Shown here piece after piece: positions 14,386 to 29,793 of a stretch of DNA of 64,000 nucleotides. Made by a program: the position numbers and the translations under genes. Positions within the stretch are counted from its first letter, which is position 1; each line of letters opens with the position of its first letter. Origin of the DNA: Eledone cirrhosa (Eukaryota). The DNA lies in contig OZ024741.1 in assembly GCA_964016885.1 (NCBI GenBank), positions 350,238,001-350,302,000 on the forward strand. Direction: 5' to 3'. The notes beneath the pieces are model-generated. The model made no database searches. It had not been told where the DNA came from and saw only the letters and a program-made list of their open reading frames with translations.

Positions 14386-14859
14386 ATACATATATATATA
14401 TACATATAAACATATATATATATACATATATATTTATATTTACATATATATATATATATATATACATATAGTAATAATAAATTTGAAGACTAAAATCCAA
14501 AGAGGGCTACATATATAAATATACATATATGTATACATACATATATATTTACGCACCACCCATACCCATGCACACACACACACATATATATATATATGTA
14601 TATATTGATACATTTATATATGTCTGTGTGTGTGTGTGCGTGTGTGTATATATGTTTATTCATAAATTCATAATAATTGGATGCATACATTTTGTCCAGA
14701 CATATATATATATAACGTATATATATATATATGTGCACGCGCGTGTGTGTGTATATATATATATATATATACATACATATTAATAAATGCGTTTGTTTCC
14801 AACTTATATTGATATATACAACAAAACCACCTCTACCAAATAGTAACAAGAGATACCAT

Positions 14860-14889
14860 TACTACTACTACTACTACTACTACTACTAT

Positions 14890-14951
<62 letters not shown>

Positions 14952-15030
14952 ACCACCACAACAACAACAACTACTACTACTACTACTAACAACCACAACA
15001 ACTACTACTGCACTATTATTACTACTAATA
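14860..15030. repeat. (CTA)n microsatellite
   Basis: Direct observation. Confidence 0.95.
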
Positions 15031-15041
15031 ATAGTATTAAT

Positions 15042-15740
15042 AATTGTTTCTACTTTTGGCACAACGCCAGCAAATTTCCCAGTGCATTACTGGTACTTTA
15101 TTTTATCGACCCGGTACTGGTACTTTATTTTATCGGCGGGATTTGAACTCAGAATGGCAAGGACCGTAACTCTATCCGTCAAAGCATGGCGTCCGACCCT
15201 CTAATAATATTAATAATGGTTTCTTATATAGGCAAAAGGCCAGCAATTGTTGGGGGGGGGGGGATGGAAAGTCGATTAAATCGATCCAAGTGCGTGACTG
15301 GTACTTTATTTTATCGACCCCGTTAGGGTGAAAGGCAAAGTTAACCGTGGCGGGATTTGAACTCAGATCATAAAGGGACGTAACTCTATGCTGCCAAGCA
15401 TGGCGTCCGACCCTCTACCGATACTGCTAATCCACCGCCCTAAGGATGGTAAAATAATTTTACTTTTGGCACAAGGCCAGCAAATACCCAGTGCATTACT
15501 GGTCCTTTATTTTATCGACCCCGTAAGGATGAAAGGCAAAGTTAACCTCAGCAGATTTGAACTGCGAGGTTAACTTTTATCCTTACGAAATAATAATAAT
15601 AATAATTGTATCTACTTTTGGCACAAGGCCAGCAATTATCCCAGTGTATTACTGGTACTTTATTTTATCGACCCCGTAAGGATGAAAGGCAAAGTTAACC
15701 TCGGCGGGATTTGAACTCAGTCCGTAAAGGGACGTATTAT
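15042..15740 (-). mobile_element. Cluster of four head-to-tail family A SINE copies
   Basis: Repeated CTGGTACTTTATTTTATCGACCCCG...GGGATTTGAACTCAG at about 15042-15200, 15216-15445, 15455-15565 and 15604-15740. Confidence 0.8.
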
Positions 15741-16186
15741 AACTACATCCCTCACAATCACCATGCCGCGAAACCTGTACACAATTGGTCATTCTAGATG
15801 CGAAGTGCCCTCCCGCCATCTGAAATAATGACAAAAGACACACATTAGATAATGTAGCCCTATATATATATATACATATCATTAAAAAGTCACCACTGGA
15901 ATGCCTTTGATCGTTGATTTGCTGGATCAGGACTGATCCGGGGTTAAACTAACACAAACACCTATGATATAACCCTCGTGACATCGATACAGTAATAATA
16001 CCGCCCAGAAGATAAAAGAAGTACTCAGTAGCCAACCACATACCGTAGCATTATTCAATTAAACACCAACTACCTACCTAATCTATCTATCTATCCATGT
16101 ACATCTCTCTCTCCATATATATATATACACATATATATATATATATATATATATATTTGGTTGAATTTTACTTGTTCTGCTTATCT

Positions 16187-16226
<40 letters not shown>

Positions 16227-16270
16227 ATTTATGTTTATTTATCTACGTCTCTCTCTCTCTCTCTCTCTCT

Positions 16271-16342
<72 letters not shown>

Positions 16343-16415
16343 CCCACTCCCAAGAGCGTGAAACTAATAAACCTTTGTTCGTACTGCCTCTGTTTTGTTC
16401 CCGTTCAATTTTTTA

Positions 16416-16494
<79 letters not shown>

Positions 16495-17192
16495 TATATA
16501 TAAATATAAATATATATATTTATATATATATATGTGTGTTTGTGTGTGTGTGTTGATGGATGTGTATTATGTATAAACAGATATAAAAAGAGAGAACCAT
16601 TCACTGTGTGAATACATATAAGTAGTTTAAAGATTTTTTTTTTTTGAAGAAATTATTGAAGTTTTGCTTATACTGGCTATAGGAGACAATAAGGTCGACG
16701 ACTTTCGCCTCTACCATCGCTACTGACATTACCACCACCACAGCAACAACAACAAAACAAATTATAATACAAAACACCATCTCGAGGTATAGCGTATACA
16801 CGCATACTCGCTCGAACGCACTCACACATATACATACACACATACACTGCAACCACAACTGTCAACCTCAGTCAACTGCCACACAGAAACACCATCGTCA
16901 TAATCTTCATTGTATCTATATTTACTTCCTGTATGCTTGACGCCCCTTTTCCACCATGCCCTCCCCACCAACTTACCTATGAAGCTATATGTTCATGTTT
17001 ACACACACACACATATATATATATAAATATACTTACATGCAGACTTGCTTACAGAAACGTACACGCGATCTTATATTTTACTTCGTGTCTATCTATCTAT
17101 TTATCTTCTTATCTATCTATCTACCTATATATATATTTATATAGTAATAATAAATACAAAGATCAAAATCCGAAGAGGGCTCGATAAGGATT

Positions 17193-17238
<46 letters not shown>

Positions 17239-17253
17239 ACGCACACACGCACA

Positions 17254-17340
<87 letters not shown>

Positions 17341-17342
17341 AA

Positions 17343-17665
17343 GATGAAATCGAAAATGCAACTGCAGTCTAATTTAAAAAAAAATATATATATTTATTTG
17401 GTTCCTTTACCGGTTTCGCAGTTCTTCTGCTTTTCAAAAATAGAGTTGAGATGGAGGGTCTGTGAGAAAAACCACAGGCCCTCCATCTCAACTCTACTTT
17501 TGAAAAGCAGAAGAGCTGCGAAACCGGTAAAGGAACCAAATAAATATATATATATATATTTTAAAATAAGAGTCCAGTTGCATTTTCGATTTCATCTTCT
17601 TTTCTTTATACTTTCACTCGTGTAGGACACCTCGGTTATTTTTAATTTTGAAAAAAAAACCTCAC

Positions 17666-17672
<7 letters not shown>
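17343..17672 (+). mobile_element. Inverted-repeat pLTR-like insertion with variant-core HHR
   Basis: Arms 17343-17464 and 17473-17597, followed by a unique 3' tail that recurs at 20095-20212. A degenerate copy lies at about 3440-3530. Confidence 0.75.
17497..17532 (+). ncRNA. Minimal type I HHR with U3-A8 core (mirror on minus at 17405-17440)
   Basis: CTT-TTGAAAA-GCAG AAGAG CTGC-GAAAC-CG-GTA-AAG. Stem III is the palindrome ACCGGT; the triplet is GUA. Confidence 0.7.
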
Positions 17673-17757
<85 letters not shown>

Positions 17758-17758
<1 letters not shown>

Positions 17759-18290
17759 AAGAGAGTATTGAAGTTTGCTTGAAGGATTGTGGAATAATAA
17801 AAACATTGGGCATTTTGGAAGCCTCAACAATGCAGATGGGTAAATCTCCGGGTAACAGAATCCGGTGGTGAAGAGAGAGAGATGTAAAAGGAAATGTAGA
17901 ATGAGATGTATAGTGTGTAGAGGAACGTAGGAAAGAGCATAAAAAATAAAAATAATAACACGAGACAAAGTTACCTTGGGAGAGATTTAATTGTCCCTAT
18001 ATTTCGGATTTCGCATCCATCAACTGGGGGGTTTTTCCGAGGGGGAAAGTTATCTGTCGGAGAGGAACGGTACGTGGCCTCTGTTGTCCGCCGTTTGTGT
18101 GTAAGTTAGACACAAATGGCGGACAACAGAGGCCACGTACCGTTCCTCTCCGACAGCTCTTTCCTACGTTCCTCTACACACTATACATCTCATTCTACAT
18201 TTCCTCTTACATCTCTCTCTTCACCACCGGATTCTGTTACCCGGAGTTTTACCCATCTGCATTGTTGAGGTTTCCAAAACGACCAAACAT
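17758..18290. mobile_element. Doubly inverted pLTR-like fragment with degenerate HHR
   Basis: Outer arms about 17815-17938 and 18155-18280, inner arms about 18054-18097 and 18114-18155. Minus strand 17995-18030 reads CCC-CAGTTGA-TGGAT GCGAA ATCC-GAAATATA-GGG. Confidence 0.55.
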
Positions 18291-18302
18291 TTATATATAT
18301 AA

Positions 18303-18350
<48 letters not shown>

Positions 18351-18354
<4 letters not shown>

Positions 18355-19190
18355 GGGTTCAATCGGGGGTAACCACAGTAAGTAAGGTACTCAATAGATA
18401 GCAGAGTATAAATATTTAATATAGAAATGGCTTCTACAGGATTAGAACTGTTTCATTCGGGAGAAATCATCAAGGGTTCCCGTAGACTAGATAAATGAAA
18501 ATGACTGCTCTATGTTCTGTACTGAGCGAAAGTATATTATTATATATATATTCTCATCAAAGCTGCATACAGTTTCAATGCCTACGCTAGCATAGATCTT
18601 AGAGATTGAATATGTAACACAGTCGTTTAAACCTGTCCTGTGCCATACACACATATCGTTCTCTGCTCGCTATGTGATTGGTTGTAAGTGATGTATTTGT
18701 AGCTTCGTACACTAATGGTTATGTTTTTTGTTGCAAAGGGCATTCATCTTTATTCCTGCATGAACCTCCAGGTTTTACACCAGGTTTGTTTTATGTGTTA
18801 ATTTTGTCATCATGATACTACTCACATATCGCCTCTTTTAAACAACAGGAATTGAGGTTAGTCAATACACTGGTAAATTGTATATGGGAACTGAAAGACA
18901 AAGGTTTACCATGCACGATTAAATGGAACATCCTGAATAAGTGATGCCCTTACATTAAAGGAAGTTCAATTTGTTTTAGGGAATAATTAAGGATTTTACA
19001 AGGGTTGTAATCCTATGATAAATCCTTAAACACTAAAAATGAGTTATTCTGAGGATGTTTGGATATCAGATCACATCTCTTTACATACAAAATACTACTC
19101 TCTTACACCTACCTTAGTCCATTAAAATCGTCTCAGGCCTATAAACACACCACACTGCACCCAAACACGATTAAATATAATCATCTATAT
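18351..19190. mobile_element. Old Naiad-type Penelope relic: inverted HHR segment plus GIY-YIG C-terminal fragment
   Basis: Minus-strand HHR at 18431-18477 is homologous to 60461-60511. Plus strand 18812-18978 translates *YYSHIASFKQQ...NTLVNCIWELKDKGLPCTIKWNILNK*CPYIKGSSICF. Confidence 0.7.
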
Positions 19191-19214
19191 AAATAATTGT
19201 TTCTACTATATAAA

Positions 19215-19352
19215 TAATTGTTTCTACTTTTGGCACAAGGCCAGCAATTACCCAGTGCATTACTGGTACTTTATTTTATCGACCCCGTAAGGATGAAAGG
19301 CAAAGTTAACCTCGGCGGGATTTGAACTCAGAATGGCAAGGGCTGTAACTCT
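19215..19352 (-). mobile_element. Family A SINE
   Basis: Matches 8203-8390 in reverse. Confidence 0.85.
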
Positions 19353-19931
19353 ATATAAATAATATACACAAATAATACATACACGTTTAACAAAACACAT
19401 ATTACATTCCACCTATATTAAAAATATGAACATAAATACACACACACACACACGCTTACACACACAGATACACACACACACAAAAATACACAAAAAGAGC
19501 GTCTTAATAAAAAATAAAACATATTTACTACATTAATACTAATACTTATAGATAGGGAAACAGAAACACACACAACCTAGACACTTTAACAATTGCTATT
19601 ACAATTATAACTTGCAGACACAGGAATCACTCACCCTGAATAACAAAAACACAAAATTATAACATTGTGATTACTTCCCTTGCATATGAGATCTCATAAC
19701 GACGGCCATCTTGTTATTGCCTCAAAGATAACTAACACTAGCACATATGCGATCTTTAAGACCTATGCTAGAGTAAACTTTGAAACCTTAGGTAGCATGC
19801 AGCTGTATTGAGAATTTATTTATAATAATAATATATCACCCGATGGCAATATTTTTTCCGTCTTTAAGGGTCTTCCCCCTAGTACATGAAATAAATATAT
19901 TAATTTAACGCTTGAAATAGCAGGAAGAGAG

Positions 19932-19967
19932 TCTTAACGTTTCCGACAATAGTCCTTCATCAGAAAA
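19932..19967 (-). ncRNA. Minimal HHR, family shared with 35615-35650 and 57565-57601
   Basis: TTTT-CTGATGA-AGGAC TATT GTCG-GAAACGTT-AAGA on the minus strand. Confidence 0.55.
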
Positions 19968-20000
19968 TAAATAGAAAGTAAAAAGTGATAAGAGGAAAGA

Positions 20001-20041
<41 letters not shown>

Positions 20042-20705
20042 TTCTTTGATTCAGGTTATCTTTATTACCACACGCTGGCCTTGTGTTGCTGTTATATATT
20101 TTTAAAAAATAAGACTCCAGTTGCATTTTCGATTTCATATTTTTTCTTTATACTTTCACTCGTGTAGGACACCTCGGTTATTTTTCATTTTGTAAAAAAA
20201 CCTCACTTTCTAATATATATATATATATATATATAACAGCAACACTAACCACTAAACGGTGCTCGTTAGACCTGCTAGAAATAGTGACCGAATCTCCTTT
20301 ATGTCTCCCCCACCCCTATCTACTTTAAGGCCAGCGTAGTCTTAAATATAACCTGAATCAAAGAAAATAGTCTGTGGTTACATGCTTGGATCGTCTTTGA
20401 TCATAAATATTTTCAATGAGGGCAGAACTGGTACTAAACCAGAATAATAAAAACAACTGCGCTGCCAAAAATATTAATACAGTTACTCGCATTACCTCTA
20501 TAATGGCAACCATAACCACAACATATACATTAATGTAATAACTGTTTATGACGGGAGGGTCACTCTGAAGCTCGGTTGCCTTTGATCGTAGGGCTGCCAA
20601 CACTAAGGCTAAACGCATACACGCACACACACAAATACAGACACATTCATACACATACACTTACATACACTCACACACACATTCAAGCAGAATTACACAT
20701 AAACG

Positions 20706-20746
<41 letters not shown>

Positions 20747-21099
20747 TCAACCGCAATTTCACAGAGACACATCCACAATTACACACACACACACATACAT
20801 TCAAGCACAATTTCACACACACACATTCAAGCACAATTACACACACACACACATACACACATACACACACATTCAAGCACAATTACACACACACACAAAT
20901 ACACACGTACACACACGTACACATACACTCATAGACATTAACACAACTACCATAATCTCTACATACAACATAGTAACATATAACCATACTATACACCTGT
21001 CTATATATATCGACATGTATATAATAAACACACTCATATCTATATATACTCATACACACACACACACACACACACACACCTATATACAGTCACACACTA

Positions 21100-21880
21100 C
21101 CATACATATATTGACATGTATATAATCATACACATACTTATACACACACTCATATATACACATACTTATATACACATACTTATACACACACACATCTATA
21201 TATACACATACTTATAAACATACTTATACACATACATATATACACATACTTATACACACTTATATCTATGCATACACATACTTATACACATACATATATA
21301 CACATACTTATACACACTTATATCTATGCATACACATACTTATACACACACTCATATATACACATACTTATATACACATACTTATACACACATATCTATA
21401 TATACACATACTTATACACATACTTATACACATACATATATACACATACTTATACACACTTATATCTATGCATACACATACTTATACACACACTCATATC
21501 TATACATACACATACTTATACACACACATATCTATATAATACACATACTTATACACACACATATCTATATATACACATACTTATACACATACATGTATAC
21601 ACATACTTATACACGCACTCATATCTATGTATACACATACTTATACACACACTCATATATACACATACTTATACACACACTCATATCTATACATACAGAT
21701 ACTTACACACACATATATACACATACTTATATACACATACTTATACACACACTCATATCTATACATACATATACTTACACACACACATATATACACATAC
21801 TTATATACACATACTTATACACACACTCATATCTATACATACATATACTTACACACACACACACACACAAACACATACCT
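21100..21880. repeat. Compound minisatellite built on ATACACATACTT-like units
   Basis: A 12-bp core is repeated with higher-order variants. It is the source of the spurious HTY-rich ORFs. Confidence 0.85.
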
Positions 21881-22392
21881 ATAATCAGTGTCACGCACGC
21901 ATACCTATACCTAGATTGTCACTACAACCCCTGTCACAACTACAGAAAGAAACTTTCATCACCACCACAATCCCCAGCACTACAAACACTACCACCAAAA
22001 CCACCACCACAACCTCCCCCTCCCCCGCACTACAAGTACTACCATCAGCACCCCACCTCCACCACCACCACTATTACATCTACAGTTAATCACACAGTCA
22101 TTCATGTACATAACCACATACATACACTCTTAAACAGGTTCATACATTAACGCACATCTGTATTAACGTAAAAACTACCACCACACTACCACAGTTACAT
22201 GGAAAACTAACCTACTAGAAATAACAGTCAAATATATCTGAAATCACACAATAGCGTCATTAAAAGAGAGGCACATTAGATAATGTAGTCCTAGACACAT
22301 TGTGTCTGAAAAGGATAGGACACTCAGTACTGGAGTACCTTTGACCGTAGGTCTGCTCAGTCAGAGACGACGACCTAGGGTTAAACCTTCAG

Positions 22393-22393
22393 A

Positions 22394-22468
<75 letters not shown>

Positions 22469-22528
22469 ACCACTACTACTACTATTACTCCTGCTGCTGC
22501 TACCACCACCACCACCACCACCACCACC

Positions 22529-22616
<88 letters not shown>

Positions 22617-22632
22617 TTACTACAATCACCAC
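22393..22632. repeat. Compound (CTA)n(CTG)n(CCA)n microsatellite
   Basis: Direct observation. Confidence 0.95.
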
Positions 22633-24404
22633 TACAAGCTTCTATTGCATAGTCACACGCACTCACGCAGTCAAACATACAGTCATACTCTATCTCCCTG
22701 CATCTCTCTTTATATATATATACCTTTCTCTCTCTCACCCTCTCTTTCTCTCTCTCATTCTCTCTCACCCTCTCTCACACACACCGTCACTGACACAACT
22801 ACAATCAGAAAAAAGCAACATAATCAACCCCACCACGACTACCACTGCGCCACCAACACCACTATCACTGCTACAATTACATGAGAAAACTACCACATCA
22901 TTACTACAGCTATAAACACACCTCTAAAACAACTACCGCCACAAGTACACCCACACCACCTCAACAGCAAACACCACAACTACAACTACAGCCGCAACTA
23001 CAACTACAACCACAACTACAACCATATCTATATGAACTACTACAACTACAGCCACGCCACAAGTACAGCCATACCACCTCACCAACAAACACCCCAACTA
23101 CAACTACAACCACAACTTCAACTACAACCACAGTCACAACTACAACCACATCTATATGAGCCACTACATCTACAGCCACGACAATCATCACACCAGCTAC
23201 GTTTAATTTATAATAACCACCACCAATACCATCACTACAACAATAACACTGCCATCATCACTATAATAACTACTATTACAACTACAACTACAAATACACC
23301 ACCACTACTACAACTACTGCTACCACCACCACCACCATCACTACCATAATTACTACAATAACTAGTATTACAACAACTACAAATACACCACCACAATTAC
23401 AACTACCAACACCATCACCAGCACATTCACTACCACAACCACTACAATAACTAGTATTACAATACCAACATAACTATAACCACTGGCACCACCACCACAA
23501 CGACAACTTCCCCGACACCACCACAACATTCTGACCATTGAAACCACCACCACAAATACAACTACCTCAACACCGCCTCTTTAACAACAGCCAAAATAAT
23601 TACAACTACTATCACCAAACCACTCTAACTTCCAATACCACTACAGTCACTACCACCATCACCATTATAACAACTAGTACCAGTACCACCACGACTATCA
23701 TCATCATCATCGTCATAAATAGCCATTCCCCACTAGCAACAATAGTTAGTTATAACACCACCTCTATCACCGCAAACAACCACCATCCGGATCAACCATC
23801 AAATAAACTCACCAACCTACCCCTCAACCCCGCCGCCCAACCTGCCAGCCACCCAATCAGCCACACAACCTGACAACAACACACACACTACACACACACT
23901 CAGTCTCTCTCTCTCCCCCGACTAACCCACACAACCACCTAAACCATCCACTTCAACAACCAACCATCCAGCAGCCAGCCAGCCAACCAACCAACCAACC
24001 GACCAGCCTGTAAATAGCCAGCCAACCAGCCTGTAACCAACCAGCCAACCAGTCTCTAACCAGAAGCAAACCAACCAACCAGCCTGAACCCAGCCAGTCA
24101 GCCAGCCAACCAACTAGCCAGCCAACAAGTCTGTAACCACACACCCACCCACCCACCCAGCCAGCCTGTAACCAACTACCCAACCAGCCAGCTAACTAGC
24201 CAGCCAACCAACCAACCAACCAGCCTTTAACCAACCAACCAGCCTGTAACCAACCAGCCAGCCAGCCAAGTTTTAACAACAAGTCTATCAATAAAGTCCC
24301 GTTTGTTATAATGTTGGAGTCTACCAGAAGTTGTGTCTGCGCGGTATGGCGCGTCTACCTAACACTTGATCGGTGAGTGAAACAACCACTTGGATTCTGT
24401 TTCG

Positions 24405-24408
24405 CTTT

Positions 24409-24442
<34 letters not shown>

Positions 24443-24471
24443 TTTCTTTTTTTTTCTTTCTTTCTTTCTTG

Positions 24472-24503
<32 letters not shown>

Positions 24504-24706
24504 TTTCTTTCTTTTCTTTCGTTCCTTAATTCTTTCTTTCTTTCTTTCTTTTCTTTTTTTCTTTCTTTCATTCTTTCTTTCTCTCTTTCCTTCTTTATTT
24601 ATTTACTTTCTTTCCTTCTTCTTCTTCTTCTTCTTCTTCGTCTTCTTCTTCTTCTTCTTCTTCTTCTTCTTCTTCGTCTTCGTCTTCTTCTTCTTCCTCT
24701 TCTTCT
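24405..24706. repeat. (TTTC)n/(TTC)n polypyrimidine tract
   Basis: Direct observation. Confidence 0.95.
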
Positions 24707-24888
24707 AATTATTAGTATCACTATTATTATTATTAGAGAACCATATTATTGTATCTGGTGTTGCCATTGATATTACTGTTCTAGCTATTATTATCATCCT
24801 TATTCAAAGCAATAATAACTATTATTATTGTTATTATTGTTATTATTTTTAGTTATGTTTTCCACTGCCGTTTGTTGTGTATGTATGT

Positions 24889-24974
<86 letters not shown>

Positions 24975-25279
24975 ATACATGTATGTGTCTATATATATGT
25001 GTGTGTCTATATATATATGTATGTGTCTATATATATATATGTGTGTGTGTGTGTCTATATATATGTATGTGTCTATATATATGTGTCTATATATATATGT
25101 ATGTGTCTATATATATGTGTGTGTGTGTGTGTGGAGGGTGGTATGTATTAGTTTTAGCGTTCTTTTTTCTTTCTGTTTCTTTATTTCTATGGTTCTTTCA
25201 TTTCATGTATTAGTAATATTTTCTCTCTGTCTCTCTATATTCCATGTCCATGACTTTCCTCGCTGTCTCTTTCTATATA

Positions 25280-25334
<55 letters not shown>

Positions 25335-25467
25335 TTTTAGTACAAATGGAAGAGGAGTCAACACAATGTGAAATTATAATTCTCTCTCTATATATATATA
25401 TGTAAATACACACACATATATATGTAAATACACACACACATATATATACATACATTTATAAACATAC

Positions 25468-25498
<31 letters not shown>

Positions 25499-25536
25499 AA
25501 CATTTAAATATATATATATAGAGAGAGAGAAAGAGA

Positions 25537-25638
25537 CGGGGGTGTCCCCCAAATTGTATACACACTTCAATAGCATTCTAGTAAATATTGCTTGTACAGG
25601 TAATCAAGGTGTGTATATAGATTTTTTGGGAAACCCTG
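25537..25638. mobile_element. Tc1/mariner-type MITE (about 90-100 bp family)
   Basis: Degenerate TIR GGGTGTCCCCCAAA...TTTTGGGAAACCCTG+TA. Homologous to 26657-26754 and 28084-28172. Confidence 0.7.
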
Positions 25639-25659
25639 TATATATAAATATATATGCTA

Positions 25660-25747
<88 letters not shown>

Positions 25748-25893
25748 TGTGTGTGTTTGTGTGTGTTTGTATGCAGTGTAAGAATGTATGTATGTATAAT
25801 TTTCTCTTTTTCTCTTTATCTATATCGTTTTTAAATCTTTGTATATGTTTGTATCATTTTGGCGATTTGCACAATGACACAAATACACACACA

Positions 25894-25950
<57 letters not shown>

Positions 25951-26040
25951 ATAAGAGGAACAGTACCTGATGAGACATGATATAGCGAAACTAATAGTAA
26001 TCATGCAAAGGTGGTGGCATATCCAATTAATATCTGTAGG

Positions 26041-26616
<576 letters not shown>

Positions 26617-26656
26617 TATATATATATGTATATATATACATATATACATATATATC

Positions 26657-26754
26657 TAGGTTATCCCTAAAAATGTATACACATTTCAATACCATTCTAA
26701 TAAATATTGCCGGTACAGGTAATCAAAATGTGTATACATTTTTGGGGACACCCT
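26657..26754. mobile_element. Tc1/mariner-type MITE
   Basis: Right TIR TTTTTGGGGACACCCTG+TA; same family as 28084. Confidence 0.75.
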
Positions 26755-26755
26755 G

Positions 26756-26789
<34 letters not shown>

Positions 26790-26830
26790 GAAATTTATTA
26801 AATCCTTATCGAGCCCTCTTTGGATTTTAG

Positions 26831-26876
<46 letters not shown>

Positions 26877-26900
26877 GATATATATATGTATGTGTGTGTG

Positions 26901-27002
<102 letters not shown>

Positions 27003-27436
27003 CCTTATCATTTAACCTGTTTTTCCTTTACAATTCCCAAGACACACCATGTTCATACTTTTACTTTTACCTATTTAACTTTCTGTTTCTCTCTCCCTCT
27101 CTCTCTCTCTCTCTGTCCCCCTCTCTCTCTCTCTCTCTTTGTTTATCACTTTCCTCATCCCTTTTTCTCATTCTTACTCTCCCTCTCTCTGTTCATGTCT
27201 CACATTCATATATATCTTCCCCCTCCTCGTCCTCATCTTAACTCCCATTATTCTGAGAATAGCCCTCTCTGACTATTCCTTTTACACTGTTATCACTTAC
27301 ACTTCACCATCTCTCTTCCTTTTACTTTCATTCCCTCTTCATGACTTTTCTTCTTTCCTTTAATTTTACGGAAATCTCTCTCTATATTTCTTCCTTTGAA
27401 TTTCATTCTCTTAACTTGTCACTGTTTGCCGGTCTC

Positions 27437-27654
27437 TAGGAGAAAGTGCTGAAAAGTTCTTGGTATTGGATAAAAGAAAATGCAGGAGGTTCTGTTATTT
27501 ATAATTTTATTCCCATCTCAGATTCACACACTTATTGCAGCGGTCATTTAGTTTTTAGTTTTTCTAAGCCCTGTAAAGAGAACTCGGATTGTTGGGCTTC
27601 CAACCAGACTTCTGTAGCAGCTTAAAGCCAAGAACATTTCAACACCCCCTTGTA
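27437..27654. mobile_element. mariner-type MITE
   Basis: Imperfect TIRs GTGCTGAAAAGTTCTTGG / CCAAGAACATTTCAACAC with terminal TA. Confidence 0.6.
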
Positions 27655-27741
27655 TGCCCCCACCCCTCTCTCTCAGTTACCCAAATGCTGATGAAATGGT
27701 AAGAGCTCAACTGTAGAGTAGAAATCATTATAATACCTACA

Positions 27742-27920
27742 ATTGGCAGTGTCGGTAGAGGGCCGGACGCCATGCTTTTCAGCATAGTTACATCCCTTTA
27801 CGATCTGAGTTCAAATTACGCCGGGGTTAACTTTGCCTTTCATCCTTACAGGGTCGATAAAATAAAGTACCAGTAATGTACTGGGTAATTCCTGGCCTTG
27901 TGCCTAAAGTAGAAACAATT
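27742..27920 (+). mobile_element. Family A SINE
   Basis: Matches 8203-8390. Confidence 0.85.
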
Positions 27921-28083
27921 ATAATACATACACTATACTTTCTTAAGTATGGAGTACTAAGCTGAAGCATGACTTTACTGGCCTTAACTAGTAATATCCC
28001 TAGCATATATATATATATAGTCTGAAGATCTTGTTAGTGAAACTCCTAAGTAACTAGACTCACTACCTAGCCATATATATATA

Positions 28084-28172
28084 CAGGGTGTCCTCAAAAG
28101 ATGTATACACACTTCGAATAAATATTGCCTATACAGGTAATCAAAGTGTGTATACATTTTGGGGTCATCCTG
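28084..28172. mobile_element. Tc1/mariner-type MITE
   Basis: TA|CAGGGTGTCCTCAAAAGATGTATACACACTT...AAGTGTGTATACATTTTGGGGTCATCCTG|TA. Confidence 0.8.
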
Positions 28173-28211
28173 TATATATATATAAGGTGAAAGTTAGAGA
28201 AAAAGTTAAGC

Positions 28212-28292
<81 letters not shown>

Positions 28293-28420
28293 GAATGATC
28301 GAGAATCGGAATATCGGCCCACGAAATCACGATAAACAATATCCGACATGTGTGGTCAGGTAAAAGAGTAAAAGATATATATATATATATATATATATAT
28401 CTTTTACTCTTTTACCTGTT

Positions 28421-28456
<36 letters not shown>

Positions 28457-29110
28457 TTTACTCTTTTACCTGTTCCATTATATATATATATATATCGTTT
28501 ACTCTTTTACCTGTTCCATGCTGGGCACCACCCTTGATATATATGTTCAATGCTTATCTTTTCACTATATTTCACCTTTACTGTCTTTTAACCCTTCAGC
28601 ATTTAAACTGACCATAACTGGCCAGAATTCTTTCCCCTCTTTCTGTTCAAAACGGCTGTCACCAGCTGCTTATACTTATGTTAAGGTATTGTTCTCAAAC
28701 GAAATAACATCAAAATCTCGTAGATTCGATATTGTGGGAGATATTTATGAGTTAAAGTCTTTACTGTGAAAATACAATATTACATATAGAGTAATCTAAA
28801 TGCTAAAGGGTTAATGTCATATCCTGGTCTGTCCTCTCTTCTTCTTTCTTTTCCTTCCTTTTCTTTCACTATTGCTCTATCTTTCATCCCACTATTCCTC
28901 TTCTTAACTTAATATTTGTCGTTTCCAATATTTTATATCTATTAGATATAGTTCATCTTCTCTCATTAATCTTTCTTATCCTCTCTCTCCCTTACATTTT
29001 TTCTTTCTTGACATTATTTCGTTATTTTCCTTACCTTTTTCTCTCCTTTAAATATATTTTTATTCTGCCGCCCCATTTCCACATCTTTCTCTCTCTCTAT
29101 ATATATATAT

Positions 29111-29256
29111 AACGAAGGAAGTGTGGTCAAGAACCAGGTGGACCATAACGCACCAGAGTACTCGATACTTAGGGTAGTAGAGTGAGTGGGTAATAGGAAA
29201 ATCTTCAGGACCCCGACGGCAGAGCTCAAGCTGTCGGGGTTCTGAACATTTTCTTA
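29111..29256 (-). mobile_element. pLTR 3' fragment with inverted segment (family of 26422)
   Basis: Same terminus. Hairpin ACCCCGACGGC...GCTGTCGGGGT. Confidence 0.7.
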
Positions 29257-29793
29257 TATATATAATGTATATTTCATAATTGTTTCTACTTTTGGCACAA
29301 GGCCAGCAATTAACCAGTGCATTACTGGTACTTTATTTTATCGACCCCGTAATGTCACAATTCTAACCTTGGCGTATATTTGCAAACCTTACTCATCAAT
29401 TTGGGATCACCCTTCTTCTCTCTTATGTTTCTGTCACACACACAGACGCACACACAGACGCACCCCCCCCCCCCCCCACACACATATATATGTATATGTA
29501 ATTATACAGGAGGGTGCATGTATATATGTGTGTACATAGATATATACATGCACATATGTGTTTGAGTGCATGTATGTCTAGGTATTTAGAGATATACTCC
29601 CCTGGCGACATATCTGTGATATGGTTTCAAATAGCAGCTGATCACTTAGCTCTTGCTTACCCCCATTGCACACCTTATCAGGTGACGCAAGCGAAACCAA
29701 GGTCCCACTTCTCTCTCTCTCTCTCTTTTCATCCCTTTTTCATACATCTTTCTTTCATATTTTTATTATCATATCCTCCGTTTCTATTAAGTT

